A DNA stretch of 36,874 nt. It comes from Sandaracinaceae bacterium (GTDB lineage Bacteria > Myxococcota_A > Polyangia > Polyangiales > Sandaracinaceae). Below the pieces are notes generated by a model. It saw nothing but the letters and a program-made list of their open reading frames with translations, was not told the origin of the DNA and ran no database searches. Each line of letters opens with the position of its first letter. The stretch's first letter is position 1. The position numbers and the translations under genes are program-made. This document shows positions 9,230 to 19,179 of this stretch, piece by piece. The stretch is taken from contig JBGAQA010000068.1 of assembly GCA_044220955.1 (NCBI GenBank), forward strand, positions 1 through 36,874, in the 5' to 3' direction.

Positions 9230-9901
9230 ATGGATCGATGGTTCGACGGCTCGACTTCGGCGCAGCGTGCGCTTCTCATCGCGCTCGCGCTCGGCGCGGG
9301 TTCGGTCTTCGTCGGCTGCGGGCCCACGTACCCGAACTGCGACAACGACGAGCAGTGCCACGAGGGCGAGTTCTGCGTGAACGGTCACTGCGAGGACTGT
9401 CGCGACGACTCCCAGTGCCCCACGGGGCAGATGTGCGAGTCGAACGACTGCGTGCCCATCCCCGGCTGGTGCAACAGCGACCGCGACTGCCCGGCCGACC
9501 AGATGTGCGAGAACAACCACTGCGTGCCGCGCCCGGTCGTGACCGAGGTCCCCGTCGAGCCGCCGGCCCCGCAGCAGTGCCAGCTCGAGTCGGTCTACTT
9601 CGCGTTCGACGAGAGCACGCTCGACGACACCGCCCGAAGCGCGCTGCAGTCGGATCGCTCCTGCATGACGGAGCGCGGGATCTCGGCCGTCCAGATCACG
9701 GGCATGACCGACCCGCGCGGCACCGAGGAGTACAACATGGCGCTCGGCGATCGTCGCGCGCGCGCCACGCGTGACCAGCTCCAGCGCCTCGGCGTGGGCC
9801 GCAGCGCGATGACGACGCACTCCGTGGGCGAGGAGCACGCGACGGGCTCGGACGAGTATGGCTGGTCGCGCGACCGCCGCTCGGAGCTCGCTCCGCGCTG
9901 A
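9230..9901 (+). CDS. pal: Pal/OmpA-family peptidoglycan-binding lipoprotein with N-terminal Cys-rich repeats
   Basis: GGAGGAGG RBS; lipobox FVGC; VYFAFDES..GMTDPRGTEEYNMALGDRRA; lies directly upstream of cpoB-like gene. Confidence 0.8.
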   Translation: MDRWFDGSTSAQRALLIALALGAGSVFVGCGPTYPNCDNDEQCHEGEFCVNGHCEDCRDDSQCPTGQMCESNDCVPIPGWCNSDRDCPADQMCENNHCVPRPVVTEVPVEPPAPQQCQLESVYFAFDESTLDDTARSALQSDRSCMTERGISAVQITGMTDPRGTEEYNMALGDRRARATRDQLQRLGVGRSAMTTHSVGEEHATGSDEYGWSRDRRSELAPR

Positions 9902-9948
9902 CTCTTCCCGCCCGTCGCCCGAACCACGGGCCTCGTCCGTGCGAGTCG

Positions 9949-9977
9949 AGAAGGGCGCTCCGGCGCCCTTCTTCTTT
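9949..9977 (+). terminator. Intrinsic terminator-like hairpin between pal and cpoB
   Basis: AGAAGGGCGC-tccg-GCGCCCTTCT perfect 10-bp stem followed by TCTTT. Confidence 0.7.
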
Positions 9978-9987
9978 GGAGGAACCT

Positions 9988-10842
9988 GTGCGACTGCGTC
10001 GAACGGCATCACTCGGGGGGGTCGCGCTCATCGGGAGCGCGCTCAGCGGGTGCTTCCTGTGGACGAGCGCCGACCAGGGCGCCGACCTCACGCGCCGCAT
10101 GGACGCGGTCGAGGCGCGGGTGACGACGACCGAGGCGATGCGCGGCGAGCTCGACACGGTCAAGACGCAGGTCGCGACCCTGGACGAGGTGCGCCACGCC
10201 TCGGAGGTCACCGTCCAGACGAGCGCCGACACCGGGGCGCAGGTCGAGCAGCTCGCGCAGCAGATCGCCATGCAGGAGGGCACCATCGCCGAGCTCCAGC
10301 ACGAGCTGTCGCGCATGCAGGAAGAGCTGACGGAGCAGCAGACCGACTACGAGGCGCGGATGAAGAAGCTCGCGCGGCGCGCGGGCGTGGACATGCCGCT
10401 CGACGACGCCGAGGTGCCGCCGGCCGCGGACGCGAACTTCACCGCGGCGACGACGGCGTACGAGGCACGCGAGTACTCGACCGCGCGTGCGCTGTTCCGG
10501 GCGTTCGTCCAGCGACACCACGAGGACGCGCGCGCGGACGACGCGCAGTACTTCGTCGGGCAGAGCTACCTGATGGAGGACCGCCCGGCGACGGCGCTCG
10601 GCGAGCTGCGGCACGTCGTCGCGGACTACGCGCAGGGCGATCGCGTGCCCTACGCCCTGCTCTCGATGGGCGACGCCTTCTATCGCCTGCATGCGTGCAC
10701 GGACGCGACCACCTCGCTGCAGGCGGTCCTCCGCGGCTTCGCGCGCTCGCCGGTCGTCGGGGACGCGCGTGCGCGCCTGCGCGACGTGCAGCACGCGCCG
10801 ACGGGCTACTGCCAGGACCCGCCCTCGCCCGGTTCGCACTGA
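9988..10842 (+). CDS. cpoB: Tol-Pal-associated CpoB/YbgF-like coiled-coil + TPR lipoprotein
   Basis: GGAGG then GTG 9988; lipobox LSGC; long coiled coil; ADDAQYFVGQSY TPR; follows pal. Confidence 0.8.
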   Translation: MRLRRTASLGGVALIGSALSGCFLWTSADQGADLTRRMDAVEARVTTTEAMRGELDTVKTQVATLDEVRHASEVTVQTSADTGAQVEQLAQQIAMQEGTIAELQHELSRMQEELTEQQTDYEARMKKLARRAGVDMPLDDAEVPPAADANFTAATTAYEAREYSTARALFRAFVQRHHEDARADDAQYFVGQSYLMEDRPATALGELRHVVADYAQGDRVPYALLSMGDAFYRLHACTDATTSLQAVLRGFARSPVVGDARARLRDVQHAPTGYCQDPPSPGSH

Positions 10843-10897
10843 ATCGCGGCGAGTCGGACCCTCGGAAGGCCGCGGGCCACGAGGCGAGGCTCGCCCG

Positions 10898-11482
10898 TCA
10901 GAGGCCTTCGACCAGGCGCTCGACGTCCCGGAGCAGGTCGTCGAGTCCGTCGCCGGTCGTGCGGTAGAGGCCGCGGCAGCCCCCGCTCGCGTCGAAGAGC
11001 ATCACGTTCGCGCCGTGCAGGACGTCGTAGCCGGGCGCTTCGTCGATCGCGTGGCGCGCCGGCTCGGGCATCAGGAACCCGCGCTGGATGGTGCTGCGCA
11101 CCGTCTCGGGCCGTCCGGTGAGGAATCGCCAGCGCGACGGGTCGTGTCGGAAGCGCTCGGCGAACGCGTGCATCCGCTCGGGCGTGTCCGCCTCGGGATC
11201 GACGGTGATCGAGACCAGCATCACGCGCTCGCCATGGGCCGCGGTGCGCTGCTCGATGTTCGCGAGCTGCGAGGCGAGCGTCGGGCAGATCGTGGTGCAC
11301 GTCGTGTAGAGGAAGCTCGCGATCCACACGTGGCCGGTCAGCTCGCTCGAAGAGAACGTGGTCCCGTCGTCGTTGGTCAGCTCGAAGCTCGGGACGTGGA
11401 AGAGGGTGCGCAGCGGCTCCTCCGGCTCGCCGCACGCCACGAGCGCGACGACGCAAGCCACGATCGCCAGCGCGCGGGGCAT
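10898..11482 (-). CDS. SCO1/SenC copper chaperone
   Basis: FLYTTCTTICP (CxxxC), ITVDPEADTPE, WRFLTG, conserved His (VLHG). Confidence 0.93.
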   Translation of the reverse strand: MPRALAIVACVVALVACGEPEEPLRTLFHVPSFELTNDDGTTFSSSELTGHVWIASFLYTTCTTICPTLASQLANIEQRTAAHGERVMLVSITVDPEADTPERMHAFAERFRHDPSRWRFLTGRPETVRSTIQRGFLMPEPARHAIDEAPGYDVLHGANVMLFDASGGCRGLYRTTGDGLDDLLRDVERLVEGL

Positions 11483-11486
11483 GGGG

Positions 11487-12389
11487 TCAGGCCGCGAGAT
11501 CGACCGCGAGCGCGCCGAAGAGCAGGGGCAGGTACACGAGCGACGCGAGGAAGACCGCCCGTGCCCAGCGGTTGTCGACCGCCGACGCGCGCAGCCCCGA
11601 CACGCAGAGCGCCGCGAAGAGCACGCCTCCGACGCCCATGACGCCGAGGTAGACGCTGCCCGCGATGCCGAGCGGGACGAGCATCAAGCTCACCGGCACG
11701 AGCGCGCCCGCGTACGCGACCGCGTGGATCTTCGTCACGGCGTTACCGCGCACGCTCGGAAGCACCTTGATGCCTGCCTTGGCGTACTCGTTCTGCCGGA
11801 ACACCGAGATCGCGAGGAAGTGCGGCAGCTGCCAGAGGAAGAGGATCCCGAACAGGACCAGGCCAGGTGCCTCGAGGTGGCCGGTCGCGGCCGTCCATCC
11901 CATGAGCGGCGGCATCGCGCCGGGGATGGAGCCCACGAGCAGCGCCTTCGGCGAGCGCTGCTTCATGGGGGTGTAGATCCACACGTACGAGACGAGCGCG
12001 ATCGCGGCGAGCAGGCCCGTGAGCGGGTTCACCGTCACCGCCAGGAGCGGCACGCTGACCGCGCCGAGCGCCAGGCCGAACACGAGCGCCGTTCGGGCCG
12101 ACAGGCGTCCGGCCGGGAGCGGGCGGTTCTTGGTGCGGGCCATGTGCCCGTCGAGGTCCCGCTCCATCCAGCAGTTCAGCGCGTTCGCGCTCGAGACGAC
12201 CATCGCCGTGCCCAGGATCGCCATCGCCGCCACGCGCGGATCGAGCGCGCTCGCGCCGGCCCGGCCGGTCGCCAGCCAGAGGCCTGCCCCCGTCGTCAGG
12301 ATCACCATGAGCGTGATCCGCGGCTTCGTCAGCGCGACCAGGTCGCGGACGAGAGCGGGAGCGGGAGCGCGGAGGACGGCGGTGGACAT
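11487..12389 (-). CDS. cyoE: Protoheme IX farnesyltransferase (heme O synthase)
   Basis: LTKPRI, NCWMERDLDGHMARTKNRPLPAG, YTPMKQR, WQLPHF. Confidence 0.95.
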   Translation of the reverse strand: MSTAVLRAPAPALVRDLVALTKPRITLMVILTTGAGLWLATGRAGASALDPRVAAMAILGTAMVVSSANALNCWMERDLDGHMARTKNRPLPAGRLSARTALVFGLALGAVSVPLLAVTVNPLTGLLAAIALVSYVWIYTPMKQRSPKALLVGSIPGAMPPLMGWTAATGHLEAPGLVLFGILFLWQLPHFLAISVFRQNEYAKAGIKVLPSVRGNAVTKIHAVAYAGALVPVSLMLVPLGIAGSVYLGVMGVGGVLFAALCVSGLRASAVDNRWARAVFLASLVYLPLLFGALAVDLAA

Positions 12390-12476
12390 CGTGGGGCGCC
12401 GCGAAAGCGGCCGTTGGTTACGCCGCCACGCGGAAAAGGTCAATGCGTGCGATCACGGCGCACCGCGGCCTCCCGG

Positions 12477-13610
<1,134 letters not shown>

Positions 13611-13695
13611 GGGCGCGAGAATACCAACCTAGCCTGCAAAAGCGAGCCTCGCGGTGGGACTGGTGGGGAGGCCCGGAAGCGCGTAGGGCTCCACC

Positions 13696-14805
13696 ATGGG
13701 CGAGGGTGGGCGCTATCCGTTCGAGCGCTGGCCGCGGATGACGCGGGCGGAGGCGCGCGTCGCGAGCCGGCTCGCCCGATGGGTGGCCGCGATCGACGTC
13801 AGCGCGGCGCTCGCGGACGCGCGCTCGGTCCTCGGTGCGCCGGTCGCGATCGTCTCGAGCGGGCGTGCGATCGAGTCGCGTGGCGCGGCCGCGGCGTCCG
13901 TCGGCGCTTCGCTCGGGCTCGTGGTCGCTCTGGGGGCCGAGCGCGCCGTCCTCGCGCTCTCGCCCGGGATCGCTCGGGTCATCGCCGATCGCGTCGTCGG
14001 AGGCATGGCGACCGACGTCGCGCTGGGGCCGACGCCTCCGACGCGCGGCGAGTCCGGCCTCGTCGGCTACGTGGTGGCTCGCGCGATGGCGCGCGCGGCC
14101 GCGCCGGGCGTGCTGCTCGACGCCGGTCGCGCGAGCGAAGCGATCGCCGCGTGGAACGACGCGCGCGTGATCCTCGTGCGCTTCACGCTCTGGGTCGGCG
14201 AGCATCGCGGCGAGGGCGCGCTCGTCGTCCCGATCGGCGCCGTCGAATCGCTCGCCGTCCCGCCGCGCTCGATCGATCCCGCCTTCCCGGTGCAGGCGAG
14301 CCTGGTGATCGGCAGCGCGCGGCTGCCTGCGCGGGAGCTCGCGACGCTCGCGGCGGGCGACGTCGTCGTCCCCGATGCGCTGGGGCTCGATCCGCGCGTG
14401 GCCGACGTGGGACGCGCCCGCCTCGTCGTGGGCCGCGCGCGCGTGTTCGAGCTCGAGCTCTCGGCAGGCGTGTTCCGGGTCGCTCGCCGTGCGAGCATCC
14501 CCGCGCCGCGGCCCACCCGCTGGAGGCAGGCCCCGAGAAAGGAACGCGAGATGAGCGAGCCGGACACCGACGACGTGAACTCCCTCGGCGAGATCGAGGT
14601 GGAGCTCGCGATCGAGCTCGCCCGCCTCGAGATGCCGGTCGCCGAGGTCGCCGCTCTGGCACCGGGCGTGGTCGTGACGACGGGCCGCCTCGTCGGGGAG
14701 CGCGTCGCGCTGCGCGCGGGCGATCGCGTGATCGCGTGGGGAGAGCTCGTGGACGTCGAAGGCGAGGTCGGCGTACGCGTCGTCGAGGTCGTCGGCCGGG
14801 ATTGA
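13696..14805 (+). CDS. sctQ: Type III secretion C-ring protein SctQ/YscQ-like (two SPOA domains)
   Basis: SPOA1 VQASLVIGSARLPARELATLAAGDVV; SPOA2 VELAIELARLEMPVAEVAALAPG...GELVDVEGEVGVRV. Confidence 0.75.
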   Translation: MGEGGRYPFERWPRMTRAEARVASRLARWVAAIDVSAALADARSVLGAPVAIVSSGRAIESRGAAAASVGASLGLVVALGAERAVLALSPGIARVIADRVVGGMATDVALGPTPPTRGESGLVGYVVARAMARAAAPGVLLDAGRASEAIAAWNDARVILVRFTLWVGEHRGEGALVVPIGAVESLAVPPRSIDPAFPVQASLVIGSARLPARELATLAAGDVVVPDALGLDPRVADVGRARLVVGRARVFELELSAGVFRVARRASIPAPRPTRWRQAPRKEREMSEPDTDDVNSLGEIEVELAIELARLEMPVAEVAALAPGVVVTTGRLVGERVALRAGDRVIAWGELVDVEGEVGVRVVEVVGRD

Positions 14806-14831
14806 CCCCGGCCGGTCCGACCTGAGACAAG

Positions 14832-15410
14832 GTGGCGGTGCGCACGCGTGGCCTGCCCTTCCTCATCGCGCTGTGCACGATGGCGCCCTCGCTCGCGCAC
14901 GCCGAGCGTCCCGACCTGGCGCACGGGCGCGGCTTCGTCTGGGGCGCGAGCGGCACGGTCCCGATCCTCGTGGGCGACGTCCGCTACGCCGAGCCTCCCC
15001 ACTCGGGCGCGCGCTACGTCGCGCCCGGCGGCGGCGTCGACGTGCACATCGGCTGGGAGCTCGACGGCGGGCTCCGTGTCGAGATCGCGGGCGGCATCGA
15101 CGCCCACGCCGTGGACGCGCAGATCCCGCTCGCGCGCTACCGCGCCGGTGCGCAGCTCCGCTACACGCTCGACGCCGGCGCGGACGTGTACCCGTTCTTC
15201 GCCGTCGGCGGCGCGCTGGCGCTCTTCAACCGCAACAACTCGCTCGCCAGCACGCTCGACGTGCGCGGCCTCGTCGGCGCCGGGTGGTGGATCGCCCCCT
15301 GGTTCGCGCTCGAGCTCGCCGTGGCCGTCGACGTCACGCCGCCCGGGTTCGCGTTCACCGACACCGTCGTGCTCGTCACGCCGATGATCGGCGTCGACAT
15401 CGCCTACTGA
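14832..15410 (+). CDS. Small outer-membrane beta-barrel protein
   Basis: Signal peptide ending SLAHA; alternating amphipathic strands; C-terminal aromatic (GVDIAY). Confidence 0.75.
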   Translation: MAVRTRGLPFLIALCTMAPSLAHAERPDLAHGRGFVWGASGTVPILVGDVRYAEPPHSGARYVAPGGGVDVHIGWELDGGLRVEIAGGIDAHAVDAQIPLARYRAGAQLRYTLDAGADVYPFFAVGGALALFNRNNSLASTLDVRGLVGAGWWIAPWFALELAVAVDVTPPGFAFTDTVVLVTPMIGVDIAY

Positions 15411-15412
15411 TC

Positions 15413-15501
15413 ACGACAGGAGAGCTCGCCACGGAGGTCCCGGACGGAAGCGGGCGCTGCCCGCCGACGGGAGGGGCCGGAGCGGAGAGCCGACGCAATT
15501 C
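15413..15501 (+). repeat. Structured intergenic repeat family A, copy 1
   Basis: 15418-15501 matches 17739-17822 at 77/84 nt without gaps. Confidence 0.9.
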
Positions 15502-15505
15502 CGGG

Positions 15506-15940
15506 TCAAGCGCGGAGCTTGCGGAGCGTCGTGTCGAGGTAGCTGAGCGCGAGCCTTCGCTGCTCGGGCTGGTCGAAGGCCGTGCACTCGACCTGCAGGC
15601 GGGCCCGCTCGAGCGCGGCGAGCGCATCCTGCATGTCGATCACGTCGGGCATCGCGGCGACGTCGGCCTCGAGCGAGCGCTGTACGTCCGGCAGCCGCGC
15701 GAGCGCGCTGACGGCCCGGTGCAGCGAGCGCATCGCCTCCACCTTCCGCGACACGGCGCCGCGCACGATCGCGTCGCACACGAAGTGCCGGAGCACGCCG
15801 ACGCCGTCGAGGCCCTCACCCGTCAGCACGTACTCGCCGCAGCGCTCGCACATCCCGACCGTGCTGCGCGCGGTGGGCGGAGGCGGCGGACGCACGTCCG
15901 ACACCGAGCCTGCCTTCCGGAAGAAGCCACCGCTGGACAC
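15506..15940 (-). CDS. Hypothetical protein with CxxC..HxxC putative zinc finger
   Basis: CERC-x17-HFVC then a helical C-terminus; fills the gap between neighbours. Confidence 0.65.
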   Translation of the reverse strand: MSSGGFFRKAGSVSDVRPPPPPTARSTVGMCERCGEYVLTGEGLDGVGVLRHFVCDAIVRGAVSRKVEAMRSLHRAVSALARLPDVQRSLEADVAAMPDVIDMQDALAALERARLQVECTAFDQPEQRRLALSYLDTTLRKLRA

Positions 15941-16052
15941 TTGGTACTCAAGGTAGCGGACACCGGCCCTTCACGCTCCCTTGGGTCGGATCCGCCGCGC
16001 GCGGCCCTCGGTTCGTGGGGGCCGCGCGGCGCGCACGCTCGCGGGCCGTCGA

Positions 16053-17711
16053 TCACGTCGGGATGAGCTTGCCCGGGTTGAGGATCCCCTTCGGGTCGAC
16101 CTCGCGCTTCATCGCCGCGAGCAGCTGCATGCCGACCGCGCCCTTCTCGGCGGGCATCCAGTGTGCGTGGTCGACGCCCACGCCGTGGTGGTGGCTGATG
16201 GTGCCGCCGTTCTCGCTGATCGCCCTCGAGGCCGCCTCCTTCGCGTTCTTCCACTGCTCGACCGCGCGCCCGTCGTCGCGCGCGAAGAGGAACGTGAAGT
16301 AGAGCGAACAGCCGTCGAGGTAGCTGTGCGAGACGTGCGTCATCACGATCGCCTTGCGGCCCTCCTTCGCGAGGGCCTCGCCGAGCGCCTCGCGCACCGC
16401 GGCGTAGAGCCGTGGCACGTTCGCCCACTCGGTGCTCGTCTCGAGCGTGTCGACACCGAGGCCGTGGTCGAGCATCGGATCGCGCAGGAAGGGCATCTCG
16501 AAGCGGCGCTTCCACCAGCTCCTGCCGGGGCTGCCGCCCACGAAGAGGCCTCGCTCCTTGGTGGCGATCGCTCGCGCGCGCTTCACGCGGTGGCGCACCT
16601 CTTCTTCGTCGCCCTCGACCGCGAGCATGAGCACGCACTTGTGCTCGTAGCCGGCGACGTCGAGCGCCTTCTCGGCGAGCGCCTGGACGCGCGAGGGCTC
16701 GAGCACGCGGCGGAACTCGCCGAAGAAGTGCGTCTCGTCGCGGTCGGAGAGCCGCATCATCGCCGCGCCGACCTCCTCCTGCACCATGCGCCGGATCGTG
16801 CGCACGCCGTCCGCCATCTCCTTGTAGAGGAACGCCACGATCACGCGCTTCTCGGCCACGCGGCGCACCTTGAAGGTCGCCTCGGTGATCACGCCGAGCG
16901 TGCCCTCGCTGCCGCAGACGAGCTGGTTGAGGCTCGGCCCCGCGGCCGACGCGGGGAAGGGCTTGGTGACGAGCACGCCGCGCGGCGTCGTCACGCGGGC
17001 CGCGACCAGCCACTTGTCGGCGGCGCCGTAGCGGTTGCAGAGCTGGCCCGCGCCGCGGGCCGCGATCCAGCCACCGAGCGTCGAGTACTCGAACGACTGC
17101 GGGAAGTGACCGAGCGTGAAGCCGGACCGCCCGAGCTCCTCCTCGAGCGCGGGGCCGTAGATGCCGGCCTCGGCGCGCGCGGTCATCGAGGTCGCGTCGA
17201 TCTCCAGCAGGCGCGCCATGCGGGTCGTGTCGAGCGTGACGACGGGCTGCCCCTTCGGGGCGCGTCCCTCGACGCCGCCGACGACGCTCGAGCCGCCGCC
17301 GAACGGGACGACGGCGATGCCGCTCTCCTCGGCGACGCGCAGGACGGCGAGCGTCTCGGCCTCCGACTCGGGATAGACGACCGCGTCGGGCGCCATCGAG
17401 ACGTCGCCGGCCCGGATGCGGATCAGGTCGTGATAGCTGCGACCGACGGCGTGCAGCGCGCGCTCGAAGGCGTCGGTCTTCACCCGGTCCTCGCTCGTCG
17501 CGCCGACCAGCGCGCTCCGCGCCTTCTCGGGCAGGCGCGGCGCGGCGAGCGCGAGCTGCGCGAGCGCGGCGGCAGGTGTGTCGGGAAGCGAGCTCAGCCC
17601 GAGCGCCTCGGCGACGAACTTCCAGACCGCATGGTCACGCCCGTGCGTATCGAAACGCGTGTCGTTCTTGCCCCAGCCGTTCCAGCGCAGCTCGTCACGT
17701 CGGTACCGCAT
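16053..17711 (-). CDS. FAD-linked oxidoreductase, alkyl-dihydroxyacetonephosphate synthase-like
   Basis: RWNGWG N-terminus, PFGGGSSV, HFPQSFEYSTLGGWIA, GSEGTLGVITE, SHHHGVG, DPKGILNPGKL. Confidence 0.88.
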   Translation of the reverse strand: MRYRRDELRWNGWGKNDTRFDTHGRDHAVWKFVAEALGLSSLPDTPAAALAQLALAAPRLPEKARSALVGATSEDRVKTDAFERALHAVGRSYHDLIRIRAGDVSMAPDAVVYPESEAETLAVLRVAEESGIAVVPFGGGSSVVGGVEGRAPKGQPVVTLDTTRMARLLEIDATSMTARAEAGIYGPALEEELGRSGFTLGHFPQSFEYSTLGGWIAARGAGQLCNRYGAADKWLVAARVTTPRGVLVTKPFPASAAGPSLNQLVCGSEGTLGVITEATFKVRRVAEKRVIVAFLYKEMADGVRTIRRMVQEEVGAAMMRLSDRDETHFFGEFRRVLEPSRVQALAEKALDVAGYEHKCVLMLAVEGDEEEVRHRVKRARAIATKERGLFVGGSPGRSWWKRRFEMPFLRDPMLDHGLGVDTLETSTEWANVPRLYAAVREALGEALAKEGRKAIVMTHVSHSYLDGCSLYFTFLFARDDGRAVEQWKNAKEAASRAISENGGTISHHHGVGVDHAHWMPAEKGAVGMQLLAAMKREVDPKGILNPGKLIPT

Positions 17712-17730
17712 GCGCGCGGCGTAGCACGAG

Positions 17731-17822
17731 ATGACCAGAGGAGTGCTCGCCCCGGAGGTCCCGGACGGGAGCGGGCGCAGCCCGCGGACGGGAGGGGCCG
17801 GAGCGGCGAGCCGACACAATTC
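17731..17822 (+). repeat. Structured intergenic repeat family A, copy 2
   Basis: Matches copy 1; GCTCGCC...GGCGAGC outer stem and GCGGGC-gca-GCCCGC inner hairpin. Confidence 0.9.
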
Positions 17823-17852
17823 GCTGCTCATCCGGCTCGACGCGTTCGGGTC

Positions 17853-18299
17853 TCAGCCTGGATCGTGGCGGCGGTGGGCGACCTTGGTGGCGCGCACGCG
17901 CGGCGTCCCTGCGCGCGCTTTCAGCGTCACGACGACACGCGAGAACGGGACCGCGACCGGGCAGGCCCGCTCGAGCTTGGCGAGGTCGCCCTTCTCGAGG
18001 TGCGAGAGCCAGCCGGCCGCGGCGTCGAGATCTTCGAGCGATCGGCCGAACGCCAGCGGGAGCTCGCTCGGTCCGCGGAGCTCGGTGCGCACGACCTTGC
18101 CGTACGCATCGAAGGCGGCGTCGCACGCGCCGCACGCGACGCAGCGCCTCAGCGCGGACAGCGCCTCGCGCTCGGTGGCCGTGGTCGGAGCCGGTCCCGC
18201 TCCATCGGGCAGGGCCCTCGGCGGCGCGCGCCCGAGCCAGCGCCGAGCGAGGCTGCGTGCGTAGATCCAGACGAGCCAGAGGCGCGTGGCGAACGACAA
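17853..18299 (-). CDS. Small protein with partial ferredoxin-like Cys motifs
   Basis: CVACGAC and distal CPVAVP; TTG start. Confidence 0.65.
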   Translation of the reverse strand: MSFATRLWLVWIYARSLARRWLGRAPPRALPDGAGPAPTTATEREALSALRRCVACGACDAAFDAYGKVVRTELRGPSELPLAFGRSLEDLDAAAGWLSHLEKGDLAKLERACPVAVPFSRVVVTLKARAGTPRVRATKVAHRRHDPG

Positions 18300-18330
18300 C
18301 TCGGCCGAGAACGTGCCTCCGATGGGATCC

Positions 18331-18360
18331 TTGACGCAACCCCCCGGCGCCGCATAGTGG
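18331..18360 (+). promoter_or_regulatory. Candidate sigma70 promoter for ribA
   Basis: TTGACG followed by CATAGT (16 nt) or TAGTGG (18 nt). Confidence 0.4.
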
Positions 18361-18431
18361 ACGTGCGCTCATCAGAGTGACAACGGTCAGGGCCGCCCGA
18401 ATTCGCAACGCGGCCTTGGAGACACAATCAC

Positions 18432-19151
18432 ATGATCCCGGCTTCCAAGGCCTCCAAGCTCTCGCCCGACACGCACCGAGCACTGATCGAGCGCTACTCC
18501 GAGGCGAACGTGCCCACCGAGTACGGGACGTTCCGCGTCGTCGTGTACCGCGAGCACCGCGGGCCCGGCGCCTTCGACGAGCACGTCGCGATGGTGATGG
18601 GCGACGTCCGCGGACAGGACGTGCTCGTGCGCGTGCACAGCGAGTGCCTGACGGGCGAGGTCATGCACTCGCTCAAGTGCGACTGCCGCGAGCAGCTCGA
18701 CCGCGGCATGCGCGCCGTCGCTGCCGAGAAGCGCGGCGTCGTCATGTACCTGCGCCAGGAGGGCCGCGGCATCGGCCTCGGCGACAAGATCCGCGCGTAC
18801 GCGCTGCAGGAGCGGGGCGCCGACACGGTGGACGCCAACCGCTTGCTCGGGCTGCCGGACGACGCGCGCCGCTACCACGTCGCGGCCTTCATGGCGTGCG
18901 ACCTCGGGATCGAGTCGATGCAGCTGCTCACGAACAACCCGGACAAGGTCCGGAAGATCCGCGCCGAGGGCATCCCGGTGCGCCAGCGCCTGCCGGTGTA
19001 CATCGCGCCGAACCCGCACAGCGTCGACTACCTCCTGACGAAGAGTCGGCGGATGGGGCACGAGCTCGACATCGAGGGCGCAGCCGAGAACGAGGGTGAG
19101 ATCCACGCCGCCGTCCACGCGGCCGAGGACGCCGACGGCAACGCCGAGTAG
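18432..19151 (+). CDS. ribA: GTP cyclohydrolase II
   Basis: VRVHSECLTGE..KCDC, QEGRGIGL, LLTNNPDK, YLLTK...GH. Confidence 0.96.
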   Translation: MIPASKASKLSPDTHRALIERYSEANVPTEYGTFRVVVYREHRGPGAFDEHVAMVMGDVRGQDVLVRVHSECLTGEVMHSLKCDCREQLDRGMRAVAAEKRGVVMYLRQEGRGIGLGDKIRAYALQERGADTVDANRLLGLPDDARRYHVAAFMACDLGIESMQLLTNNPDKVRKIRAEGIPVRQRLPVYIAPNPHSVDYLLTKSRRMGHELDIEGAAENEGEIHAAVHAAEDADGNAE

Positions 19152-19179
19152 TCCCCTCGGCCCCGGGCGCTGCGGCCGA

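Noticed and set aside
17712..17831. N-terminal extension of the AGPS-like ORF through repeat A
   Set aside because: The family N-terminus (RWNGWG) and a -10 at the right distance support ATG 17711; the extension is just an open frame across the repeat
18361..18431. FMN or SAM riboswitch upstream of ribA
   Set aside because: Leader is only ~70 nt with one hairpin and lacks the conserved FMN or SAM-I core sequences
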